A stretch of DNA of 64,000 nt from Aquificaceae bacterium (GTDB taxonomy: Bacteria > Aquificota > Aquificia > Aquificales > Aquificaceae). The notes beneath the pieces were generated by a model that saw only the letters and a program-made list of their open reading frames with translations, was not told the DNA's origin and ran no database searches. The stretch's first letter is position 1. Each line of letters starts with the position of its first letter. This document shows, piece after piece, positions 33,163-41,484 of this stretch. The translations under genes and the position numbers were made by a program. The stretch is taken from positions 804,330 through 868,329 of the forward strand of contig JAXSNR010000001.1 of assembly GCA_037925075.1 (NCBI GenBank), given 5' to 3'.

Positions 33163-34041
33163 TCAGTCTCCTATCAAGACCAAAAAGGAGGGTCCGTCGT
33201 AGCCTTTAACTTCTATAGGGTTATCTATGTATCCAAAGGAGTAGTTTATAGCTATAGGAAAGGGATAGTGTTTTAGCCTTACTATTCCCTTAGCTCTTAT
33301 TATGTTATCTGGTAAGCTTTTTAATCTCTTTTCAAGCTCTTCGTAATCTACAGGCTCAATGAGATTTACAACTTTATAGTTATGATTGTGTTCATGCTCT
33401 GTGGCTATAGTTTTTAGTTCAGGAGTTGTGTAAGCACCAGAGAAGACCTCGTCGGGAAGCCTACCGTAGGTGGTCTTATAAATCCTGAGTTTTGTATAAA
33501 AGGCTTCTCCCGTGAAGGAGTTTACCGGTCTGTATAGATTCCAGATTTCTACCGCCTCTTTTTCTATCTTTTGTACCTCTTCCTCCTCTACCAAATCGGT
33601 TTTGTTCAAAACCACTATGTTTGAACCGCCTATCTGATACCTTGCAGTACTATCCTCCATATACCTTTCAAAGTTGGCACAATCCACAAGGCATATAACT
33701 CCATCCACAGAACAGCCCAAAGCCTGAAGGCTAAGAATCACTGGAAAAGGAACCGCACCGCCAGAGGTCTCCACAAGAAGCACCTCGGGGTCGTATTTAG
33801 ATCTTATTTCTTCAATTGCCTTTTCGAACTCCGCATGTAAAGAACAGCATATACAGCCCTCTGGAAGTTCAAGCACCTCAGAGTAGGCGTTTCTCAAAAC
33901 CTTTCCATCCACACCCACCTCACCAAGCTCATTGACTATAACTGCCACCCTCTTTCCGGAAAAGTGCTCCCTTGCGGAGTTAAGCAAAAGGGTAGTCTTA
34001 CCGCTTCCAAGAAATCCCGTTATTACAAAGGCGGGGAGCAT
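33163..34041 (-). CDS. CobW/COG0523 metallochaperone GTPase
   Basis: GFLGSGKTT, VNELGEVGVD, GCICC, ETSG, NKTD, short His stretch, RAKG. Confidence 0.9.
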   Translation of the reverse strand: MLPAFVITGFLGSGKTTLLLNSAREHFSGKRVAVIVNELGEVGVDGKVLRNAYSEVLELPEGCICCSLHAEFEKAIEEIRSKYDPEVLLVETSGGAVPFPVILSLQALGCSVDGVICLVDCANFERYMEDSTARYQIGGSNIVVLNKTDLVEEEEVQKIEKEAVEIWNLYRPVNSFTGEAFYTKLRIYKTTYGRLPDEVFSGAYTTPELKTIATEHEHNHNYKVVNLIEPVDYEELEKRLKSLPDNIIRAKGIVRLKHYPFPIAINYSFGYIDNPIEVKGYDGPSFLVLIGD

Positions 34042-34042
34042 T

Positions 34043-34339
34043 TCACTCTCCACCGTATTCTACGGAGTCTATCTCCTCCATAAACTGTTGAATCTGAAAG
34101 GTGACAAAGTCCACAAGGTCCTTTACATCCTTCTCCCAGTAAATGGGGTCTATGTCTATCTCTTTTTCATACATATCATGCCCTTCTATCACATACTTCA
34201 CCCTAAGGTAAGGATAGCTCTTTACTTCACAGCTTTGGCTCACTTCGTTGGGAAAGCATAGTTCAATGTCAAGGTCTGGATTCGCCATACTCTTCTTTAT
34301 TTCGTCCGCCAAAAGCTTAAACTTTTCCCCTAAGTCCAT
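34043..34339 (-). CDS. forF: Small acidic protein at the forF position
   Basis: Directly after forE in D-A-B-G-E-F order; positional call only. Confidence 0.55.
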   Translation of the reverse strand: MDLGEKFKLLADEIKKSMANPDLDIELCFPNEVSQSCEVKSYPYLRVKYVIEGHDMYEKEIDIDPIYWEKDVKDLVDFVTFQIQQFMEEIDSVEYGGE

Positions 34340-34349
34340 ACTTACCTCC

Positions 34350-34574
34350 TTAATCTCCCGCGGTTACCATTACCATCTCTATACAGTTTCTCTTTAGAAG
34401 GTCTGAGCATACATAGACGCATATGGCACAGCCCTTACATCTTGAATAGTTTACCCATGCCACATGTTTGGAGTTGTGGTACATAAGGGTATTGGGTTCA
34501 GGGCAAAAGAGCACACACTGTTTGCAATTGTACTTGGCACAATCAGCCTCCTTTACATCCGCCACATAGTACAT
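34350..34574 (-). CDS. forE: 2-oxoglutarate:ferredoxin oxidoreductase epsilon (ferredoxin-like) subunit
   Basis: CAKYNCKQCVLFCP and CKGCAICVYVC. Confidence 0.8.
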   Translation of the reverse strand: MYYVADVKEADCAKYNCKQCVLFCPEPNTLMYHNSKHVAWVNYSRCKGCAICVYVCSDLLKRNCIEMVMVTAGD

Positions 34575-34601
34575 ACCTGCCTTGCCTCCTTATAGATTAA
34601 T

Positions 34602-35285
34602 TTAGCCAGTAAGTGCTTCCTCTTCCACCCAACCCCTTTCCTCCGCTATCTTGAAGGCTTCTCTTATAACCTGCATATTCTTTTCAAGAAGCTCCATTTT
34701 CTTTTTGAACTTCCTTTCTATGGCACTGTCCAATGCGGTGGTTCCGCCAGAAGCGACAAAGGTATTTCCAAGGAATCTTTCTCTTACCGCTTGCTCTATG
34801 TGCTCAAAGCCTACAAGACGAGTTATACCAAAGAAAAGACCTATCATAGCCATGTTGGTGGCAAGCTCTGTTCCAGCTATGTCAAGGGCTATCTTTGTAG
34901 CCGGGAACATGTAAACCCTTGTGTTCAGTTCTTTGAGTATCTTCCAGTCTTCTTCCGGAATTATGTCCACTTCTGTGTTTATTATAACAAGCCCGTTTTC
35001 TTTCAGTCCCGAGTAGAAGGGCATGGTGTAGGACTTTCCGTGTGTTATAACCTGTGGGTGGTAGATCATTATCACATTGGGATAGACCACTTCACCCACT
35101 TCGTAAATGGGCTGGTCGGAAACTCTCACATAGGCTTCAACGGGTGCCATCCTCTTTTCGGAGCCAAAGAAGGGCACAAGGGTAGCGTACTTGCCTGCAG
35201 CGGACATGGCATTACCAAGGATGTGGGCGGAGGTGACCACCCCCTGCCCACCAACACCTGCTATGCGTATGTTATACCTCTTCAT
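34602..35285 (-). CDS. forG: 2-oxoglutarate:ferredoxin oxidoreductase gamma subunit
   Basis: IRIAGVGGQGVVT, FGSEKRMAPV, NMAMIG. Confidence 0.85.
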   Translation of the reverse strand: MKRYNIRIAGVGGQGVVTSAHILGNAMSAAGKYATLVPFFGSEKRMAPVEAYVRVSDQPIYEVGEVVYPNVIMIYHPQVITHGKSYTMPFYSGLKENGLVIINTEVDIIPEEDWKILKELNTRVYMFPATKIALDIAGTELATNMAMIGLFFGITRLVGFEHIEQAVRERFLGNTFVASGGTTALDSAIERKFKKKMELLEKNMQVIREAFKIAEERGWVEEEALTG

Positions 35286-36148
35286 GCTTTGACCTCCTCA
35301 GGCTTTCTTTCCATTTCCTCAAAGAACTCTTTTACCTCGTCCGTCATCCACTCGTAAAAGCCAAAGTCTTGCTTTTCCCTCTTTCTTGCATCTTCAAGGA
35401 CCTTTTCCGTAGGTATGGAGTACTCTATGTTGCAAGAGGTGTAAGCGTGTATGAAGGTGGGTCCAAAGTGCCTTGCGGCAAGTATTGCTCTTTTTACTGT
35501 CTTTGCTATCCTCTTGGGGTTTGTGGGTGCCAACTTTGCCACATAAACACAGCCTGCGGTTTTTGCAAGCTCTACCGCGTTTATCTTGTCAAACTGCTTG
35601 CCCTTGGGAGCCATCTTAAGCTGGACGCCTCTTGGAGACATGCCGCTTTCCTGACCTCCCGTGTTTCCGTAAACCTCGTTGTCCACCATGATGGTGGTGA
35701 ATTTCTCCCTTCTAAACCAAGAGTGCATGGTCATACCAAAGCCTATGTCTATAAGACCACCATCACCTGCTATAACCACCACGTCCTTTACCTTGTCGGG
35801 GAACCTTATGCTGAGGGCTCTTTTGAGGCCAGAAGCTATTGCGTTTGTGTCTCCATAGTTTCCATATATAAAGGGTACAGCTGCCTGAGAGAGGGCAAGC
35901 CTTGCACATCCTGCTGTACCTATGACTATGGTGTCTTCCGGCTTGGGAAGGGCTGCGTAAAAGACTCTTATAAAGTAAGCCATAAAGCAACCCGCACACA
36001 TGGGGTGCTCTTCCACAAGCTCCTTAAATTGTCCAAGCTGCTGGACATCTATTTCTTTGCCAAACTGCCCATATTGGACCAGGTCCACATAGTCCTTGGG
36101 CATGTATTTTTCAAAGCCGGGTGAGATCCTAACGTACTCCAAGCCCAT
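35282..36148 (-). CDS. forB: 2-oxoglutarate:ferredoxin oxidoreductase beta (TPP-binding) subunit
   Basis: CAGC, GTAGC, AGDGG...DNEVYGNTGGQ. Confidence 0.85.
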   Translation of the reverse strand: MGLEYVRISPGFEKYMPKDYVDLVQYGQFGKEIDVQQLGQFKELVEEHPMCAGCFMAYFIRVFYAALPKPEDTIVIGTAGCARLALSQAAVPFIYGNYGDTNAIASGLKRALSIRFPDKVKDVVVIAGDGGLIDIGFGMTMHSWFRREKFTTIMVDNEVYGNTGGQESGMSPRGVQLKMAPKGKQFDKINAVELAKTAGCVYVAKLAPTNPKRIAKTVKRAILAARHFGPTFIHAYTSCNIEYSIPTEKVLEDARKREKQDFGFYEWMTDEVKEFFEEMERKPEEVKA

Positions 36149-36170
36149 GTTTGTACCTCCTTTAAGTTTT

Positions 36171-37340
36171 TTATACTACAACCTTCTTTTCCTTCTTTAT
36201 GCCAAGGACATTGTATATTTTTTCCATTATTAGTTCTACTGGCAAAGTCATACCACCGTAGACCCTTGGACCGCCTATAACTATGTCGTTGTTTGGAATT
36301 GATGCTTTTACTTCTTTGGCAAGCCATCCTACTATGTTATGCTCTGGCACTATTACCGCCTTTGCCTTTGAAAGAGCTTGCCTTATTTCCTTTTCGGGGA
36401 AGGGTCTTATGGATTTTACCTTTACAAGGCCCACGTTAAGACCTTCAAGCTGAGCGTAGCGAACCGCCTCTCTTCCCTGTGCTGCAGCACATCCAGAAGC
36501 CACCACAAAGACCTCCGCATCGGGGTTTACCACCTCTATGGGTCCTCCAAGGTACTTGTAGATGTACTTCATAGCCCTTATGTTGGAAGCCCACACCTCT
36601 TGTTGCCAGACTGCGTGTATAAGATAGCTCATAAAGTTGGATTTCTGGACCGGTGCGTCTCTTTGTATTCTTGCGGGTGGTATCTCACAGTCGGTAGGTG
36701 GCACTGGTGCCTTGTAGGGGTCTCTTGGTGGTAGTTTCATGTCCTCTGGGGTCATATTCACATAACCCTTGGCGTGGGTAACGAAAAAGCCCTCTGTACA
36801 GACTGCCACAGGTATGTACACATCTACCTTTTCAGATATGACAAAGCCAGCAAGGGTAAAATCAAAAGCGTCCTGCTGGTTTTCCGCATGTAGCACAATA
36901 ACTCCAGAATGAAGTAGGTAAGCTATCTCCACGTTGTCTGGCTGTATGGAAAGTGGGGCATTTACAACCCTTGTAAGAACACCAAGCACCGCGGGAATTC
37001 TATGCCCGGGCCAAGAAACTATAGCCTCCAAACCCCTCAAAAGTCCCGGTCCAGAAGTGGCGGAGAAAGCCCTCGCACCGCCTCTGACCGCTCCGGCTAT
37101 GGCGGACATGGCACCATATTCCTCTTCCGCTCTGTAGTAATCCCTTAGATAGCCTTGTGCCCATATATCACCCACAAGGTGCATCACTTCAGATTGAGGG
37201 GTTATAGGGTAAGCTATGGCCATATCCACGTTGGCACGTTTTACCGCCTCCGCCATCGCCTGGGCACCTGTGATAAACTTTCTTTCTCTTGGTGCTTCTA
37301 AAAGAAGGTAATCCGCATCTACAACTCTTTGTTCTGGCAT
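36171..37340 (-). CDS. forA: 2-oxoglutarate:ferredoxin oxidoreductase alpha subunit
   Basis: AYPITPQSE, ATSGPG. D-A-B-G-E order matches the for cluster of Hydrogenobacter thermophilus rather than porEDABG. Confidence 0.85.
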   Translation of the reverse strand: MPEQRVVDADYLLLEAPRERKFITGAQAMAEAVKRANVDMAIAYPITPQSEVMHLVGDIWAQGYLRDYYRAEEEYGAMSAIAGAVRGGARAFSATSGPGLLRGLEAIVSWPGHRIPAVLGVLTRVVNAPLSIQPDNVEIAYLLHSGVIVLHAENQQDAFDFTLAGFVISEKVDVYIPVAVCTEGFFVTHAKGYVNMTPEDMKLPPRDPYKAPVPPTDCEIPPARIQRDAPVQKSNFMSYLIHAVWQQEVWASNIRAMKYIYKYLGGPIEVVNPDAEVFVVASGCAAAQGREAVRYAQLEGLNVGLVKVKSIRPFPEKEIRQALSKAKAVIVPEHNIVGWLAKEVKASIPNNDIVIGGPRVYGGMTLPVELIMEKIYNVLGIKKEKKVVV

Positions 37341-37356
37341 GATACCACCTCCGTTT

Positions 37357-38070
37357 TTATTCGCTTTCGGTTATATGCTCTCCCCTTCTGGGGATAAGCA
37401 GATAGGAATACTCTCCGTAGTCAAGCACAGAAAGGGTCTGATACTCTTCCTTTGGAAGGGATGGATTTTCTGGTGGAAGCTTTGGCTCCCACTTTATACC
37501 AAGCTCTTCTCTCACCTGTACCAATACATCCCTAAAACGTCTGATTTCTTCCGCATGCTGGTCTCTGAGAGAAACCATGGCGTCTTCGTGCCCCATTTCA
37601 GCACAGAGGGCAATGGTAAAGCAATTGGTTCCAGCCCTTATCATCCTCAAGGAGAGGTTTGCATAGTGGCAGTGCACTCCTACGAAAATACAGGCTTCTA
37701 TCTTATTGTGAAGTATGGTAAGGTTTGGATGGTTTGGGTTTATTTCTGCCTCTGGGTCTATTTTGGGATATTTTGGTCTGTAGTCGGGCATGGGAATTAT
37801 CCTACAGTTGGGTATCTCCATGGCAAGCTCAAGGACTGCCTTTGCCTTTTCCATAGCACTTGCATTCCACCCCCAAAGAACTAAGGGGCCTGGGAAGATG
37901 GTTGGGTTTCTTCTTGTAAGCATAGCCTTTGCGGCTTCTCTCATTGCGGTTTCTTCATCCACTATTCTTCCGTAGAGAAGTGCCTTTCCTTCTGGGGGAA
38001 GCTCAACGCCTTCAAAGGCTGCAGGTGTTGGCATATAACCGGCTGGTCCCGGCAAGACTTCCATTGACAT
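37357..38070 (-). CDS. forD: 2-oxoglutarate:ferredoxin oxidoreductase delta subunit (five-subunit type)
   Basis: NPTIFPGPLVLW, INPNHPNLTILHNKI, GVHCHYAN, GHEDA; first gene of the operon. Confidence 0.8.
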   Translation of the reverse strand: MSMEVLPGPAGYMPTPAAFEGVELPPEGKALLYGRIVDEETAMREAAKAMLTRRNPTIFPGPLVLWGWNASAMEKAKAVLELAMEIPNCRIIPMPDYRPKYPKIDPEAEINPNHPNLTILHNKIEACIFVGVHCHYANLSLRMIRAGTNCFTIALCAEMGHEDAMVSLRDQHAEEIRRFRDVLVQVREELGIKWEPKLPPENPSLPKEEYQTLSVLDYGEYSYLLIPRRGEHITESE

Positions 38071-38104
38071 GCCTTACCTCCTTATTAATAGGTTATCAAA
38101 AAAT

Positions 38105-38153
38105 TAGCATGAGCTTAAAGGCTGTCAAGAGGAATTTATATGATAAAAATCAT
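38105..38153 (-). promoter_or_regulatory. for operon promoter with upstream ATGAT-N4-ATCAT palindrome
   Basis: Minus strand reads ATGAT-TTTT-ATCAT (38140-38153), then TTGACA (38123-38128), then an AT-rich -10-like region. Confidence 0.55.
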
Positions 38154-38350
38154 GACTTTTTATCCTTCTTCTCATCACTTCCCTCCAATTCCCTTATTCT
38201 TCTGTCTCTAAGCTCCTCGTACTTGGGACCCACCTTTCTGTATACCCTGTCTGCTATAAAGACTATAATTAGAAAAAGGGGCACACCCACAAGAAACATA
38301 ACAAGTAAGAGCTTTCCAAAAAACAGCAGTAAGCCTATAAGGTTTTCCAT
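38150..38350 (-). CDS. Small hypothetical membrane protein
   Basis: 66 aa, hydrophobic N-terminal half and charged tail; starts 1 nt after the leuS beta stop. Confidence 0.6.
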   Translation of the reverse strand: MENLIGLLLFFGKLLLVMFLVGVPLFLIIVFIADRVYRKVGPKYEELRDRRIRELEGSDEKKDKKS

Positions 38351-38351
38351 C

Positions 38352-39215
38352 TTACACCACCAGATTAAGAAGTTTGTTCTTTATGTATATAACCTTCTTT
38401 ATTTGCTTGCCGTTTAGCCACTGGCTTACCCTTGGGTCTTTAAGTGCCATTTCTTTTATAAGGTTTTCTTCCGCATTCACGGGGACTCTCAAAACAGTTC
38501 TTAGCTTTCCATTTACCTGAACTGGGATTTCCACCTCTTCAAGGGTAAGGGCTTTCTCATCGGGCTGTGGAAAGGGGTAATAGACCATTAGCTTTTCGTA
38601 TCCCAGTCTATGCCAAAGCTCTTCGCATATGTGGGGGGTTATTGGATATAGCATAAAGAGTAGGATTTCAACAGATTCTTTGAGTACCTTGTAGTCTATC
38701 TCTCCAAGAGGTTGGAAGTCCTGAAGGGCATTCAAAAGCTCCATTATGCTGGCTATGGCGGTATTGAAAGAAAGCTCTTCCATACTGGTAAGGTACTTTT
38801 TAAGGGTTTGATGGCTTTTGTGCCTTATCTCCTTTGACCTTCCAGAGAGTGCTGTAAAATCTTCCCTGTGGTATTTTACACTCCTTAGACTTTCCAAATG
38901 CTGGTGGAAAAAGCTCCAAAGCCTTCTGAGAAATCTGTAGGCTCCTTGCACGCCCTCTTCTGTCCATTCAAAGTCCTTCTCCACAGGTCCGGCAAAGAGT
39001 ATGTAGAGCCTCACCGTATCCGCTCCATATTTTCGCACTGCCTCTTCTGGGTCAACCGTATTCCCCTTTGACTTGGACATCTTGGCTGGCTCTCCAATCT
39101 CCTGCTCCTTTGTTCTTATGTAATCTTCTCTGCTAAGCTCCAAAGAGTCCAAAAGAAGATAAAAGTTATCACCTATAGATATGTTCTTCTGCCTGAGAAA
39201 ATCCGCAAGCTTCAT
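38352..39215 (-). CDS. leuS: Leucyl-tRNA synthetase beta subunit (C-terminal half of split LeuRS)
   Basis: KMSKSKGN, YGADTVRLY, FNTAIA, PHICEELW, VQVNGKLR; start MKLADFL at 39215. Confidence 0.93.
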   Translation of the reverse strand: MKLADFLRQKNISIGDNFYLLLDSLELSREDYIRTKEQEIGEPAKMSKSKGNTVDPEEAVRKYGADTVRLYILFAGPVEKDFEWTEEGVQGAYRFLRRLWSFFHQHLESLRSVKYHREDFTALSGRSKEIRHKSHQTLKKYLTSMEELSFNTAIASIMELLNALQDFQPLGEIDYKVLKESVEILLFMLYPITPHICEELWHRLGYEKLMVYYPFPQPDEKALTLEEVEIPVQVNGKLRTVLRVPVNAEENLIKEMALKDPRVSQWLNGKQIKKVIYIKNKLLNLVV

Positions 39216-39537
39216 AGGAAAATAATTTAACGCAAGTCGGTTTATAGAAGACTGCAAGAGAGTTGGCATGCTTAAAGGCCTTCAGGAGAAATAGCTATTA
39301 GCCAAGCCTTTATAGACTGGGCGAGAAATTGGAGAATGCGTAAGTCCCTTGTAGTTTTATGCTCGTTTATTCCCTTTTGTACTTGATTGTACTGTGAGTG
39401 GTAGTTTAGGGGAAGCTAAGCTGAAGAGGAGTTTTTCACTGAGCGTATACTGACTCCAGATGTGAGTTATATACCTTTATTCAATCTTTTTATATGATGA
39501 GACGGAATTATTGGAATTAAATAAGAGAGTCTTAGAC

Positions 39538-39839
39538 ATGAAGAAACTGCTCTTTGTCTTCCCTATGATAGCCAAAGTTTTCCCTGTTAGTTTTGGGAGA
39601 AGTTCATGGGGTATAATCCCTGCCCTGTTTGGAGACAGTCACAGGCACCTCTTACCAACACCTATTAAGGAAGTTCTTGTATAAAAACCTACCACGGAAG
39701 CAGTGATGACGGTGCCTTCTACATGTATCATGCCTATAATGACAGATATGTGGTCGTAGGAGAGACTGCCTCCCCCTATGCTTGCGGTCCTGACTTCTTG
39801 GTTCTCAGGCCTGATCAAAATGGCGAGGTTTATGAATAA
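39538..39839 (+). pseudogene. Remnant of a secreted beta-propeller-repeat protein
   Basis: Signal-like start MKKLLFVF stops at 39684. A second frame (39681-39839) reads IKTYHGSSDDGAFYMYHAYNDRYVVVGETASPYACGPDFLVLRPDQNG, similar to WxKTYGGSxxD...GYIVAGxT...DxxVLKLDxNG blade repeats. Confidence 0.5.
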
Positions 39840-39864
39840 GCTTGCTACTTCTTAATCCCTTCAT

Positions 39865-39889
39865 GCCCTTTCGGGGGTTGTTTATTTTG
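39865..39889 (+). terminator. Putative intrinsic terminator after the pseudogene
   Basis: GCCCT-TTCG-GGGGT stem-loop followed by TGTTTATTTTG. Confidence 0.45.
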
Positions 39890-39994
39890 TTTGTGATATA
39901 CCTGAGCTGGGTTTTTTATCTGTTATTTACGTACGTAATATTACACAAGCTTGACCTTCCGAGACATTGTAAAACCGTAAGCAAAGGTCTTTGA

Positions 39995-40411
39995 TCAGAT
40001 ATCAAATATTACCTCCGCCATCCAGAGGTCTCCTTGCTTTTCTACCCTAAGGTCATGGTAAGTGGCTGCCTTTATTACAAGCTTGGGTTCGTGCTTTTGT
40101 GGATCAAACTTGCTTCCAAACAACCTTACTTTTGCGTAATCTTCTCTGACTTCCAAAGGTTGGCATCTTGACGCCACAAAACCTTCAATCTCATGCAAGA
40201 GTATAGCTTGGTTTATAAGGTCTGCGAGCAAAAAGGGAAGCTCAGAGGAGATCTCTAAGGTTTTCTCCTCTTCAGAGGGTATGTTTTCTATAGGTGTGAT
40301 CTCGTTAAAGGTTGCCAGTATGCTTTTGCATAAAAGATCCTCAAGACTTTTTGCCCATACCCTTATGCCCGCATCTGCAGTTATACGGTCTATGGTTTCA
40401 TAAAAGCTCAT
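39995..40411 (-). CDS. Archease
   Basis: YETIDRITADAGIRV, IKAATYHDL, AEVIFDI. Confidence 0.9.
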   Translation of the reverse strand: MSFYETIDRITADAGIRVWAKSLEDLLCKSILATFNEITPIENIPSEEEKTLEISSELPFLLADLINQAILLHEIEGFVASRCQPLEVREDYAKVRLFGSKFDPQKHEPKLVIKAATYHDLRVEKQGDLWMAEVIFDI

Positions 40412-41202
40412 ATTCCTAACACATCAAACATGGAATACCAGCCTGCGGGCTTGCCCTTTATCCATCTTCCAGCTTCTATTGCTCCCCTTGCGAATATGTC
40501 CCTTGAGGTTGCCCTATGAGTAAGCTCAAGCCGTTCTCCAAAGCCCAAAAAGTAAACGGTATGCTCACCCACCACATCTCCACCCCTTAAAGCCATAACG
40601 CCTACCTCATCTATTTCCCTTGGTGATATACCATCTCTTCCATGCACCTTTCTTTGTAAGTTCATAGCCTGCGATACTATCTCCTCAAGCCTTAGAGCTG
40701 TTCCACTTGGTGCATCCTTTTTGTAGCGGTGATGGATTTCAAGCACTTCCACATCAAAGCCCCTGTTTTTTAAAACACTACTGGCTATTTCTACGAGTCT
40801 AAAAAGTAAATTAACACCAAGGCTCATGTTGGGTGAGACAAGGATGGGAGCATGCTCTGAATAGGGTTTTAGGTCTTCAAGCTCTTGCTTGCTAAAGCCC
40901 GTGGTTCCAATTACTACTCCTTTTCCCGCAAGGGCTGAGAGTTTTGCATGAGAAATGGCCGCGGTAGTGTTGCCCGAAAATTCTATAACCACATCACAAA
41001 GACCAAGGACTTCTTCAAGTCTTGAGGTTAGAGGAAGTCCCTTTAGCTCTTCTATACCAGAAGCTTCACCAAGGTCCTGTGACCTTACACAATCTGGATG
41101 CTCCACCCCTGCAACCACTTGAAAGTCAGAATACTCAAGGGAAAGCCTGAGGATGCTTTTTCCCATCCTGCCAAGGGCACCGCATATAACCGCCTTTGTC
41201 AT
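40408..41202 (-). CDS. dapB: 4-hydroxy-tetrahydrodipicolinate reductase
   Basis: GALGRMG, IGTTG, PNMSLGV, EIHHRYKKDAPSGTA, RGGDVVGEH. Confidence 0.96.
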   Translation of the reverse strand: MTKAVICGALGRMGKSILRLSLEYSDFQVVAGVEHPDCVRSQDLGEASGIEELKGLPLTSRLEEVLGLCDVVIEFSGNTTAAISHAKLSALAGKGVVIGTTGFSKQELEDLKPYSEHAPILVSPNMSLGVNLLFRLVEIASSVLKNRGFDVEVLEIHHRYKKDAPSGTALRLEEIVSQAMNLQRKVHGRDGISPREIDEVGVMALRGGDVVGEHTVYFLGFGERLELTHRATSRDIFARGAIEAGRWIKGKPAGWYSMFDVLGI

Positions 41203-41450
41203 TCCTCCTCCTCTTCACCAAATATCATATCCTCAAGCTCCTCCACCGCATCCTCCGCCTGATCTGGTGGTACTACCGATGGATAGAGGGCAACTTGAAT
41301 GCCTTCTGTGAAGAGGAACCTACTTATTATCTCTTGTAGCTTTTCTAACTCTTCTGGGCTCAGGTCTCCTCTGATGCTTTCTTCTACGGGCTTGTTGGTA
41401 AAGAAGAAACCTACAAGGCTAAAAGGGACTGCGTAAAGTTGTTCTTCCAT
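41199..41450 (-). CDS. Small acidic hypothetical protein
   Basis: 83-aa ORF with AAGGAG RBS; ATGA overlap with dapB. Confidence 0.65.
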   Translation of the reverse strand: MEEQLYAVPFSLVGFFFTNKPVEESIRGDLSPEELEKLQEIISRFLFTEGIQVALYPSVVPPDQAEDAVEELEDMIFGEEEEE

Positions 41451-41484
41451 GATACTCTCCTTTAGGTTTTGAGAAAATTATAAT

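Noticed and set aside
35369..36124. Long antisense ORFs (e.g. 35369-36124, 11918-12619, 18339-18908, 42094-42678, 50201-50791)
   Set aside because: They lie opposite well-supported conserved genes, have no recognisable motifs and show the composition typical of shadow ORFs.
34350..38070. Pyruvate:ferredoxin oxidoreductase (por)
   Set aside because: The ferredoxin-like subunit follows gamma (D-A-B-G-E) as in for, rather than leading as in porEDABG. Substrate is not proven from sequence alone.
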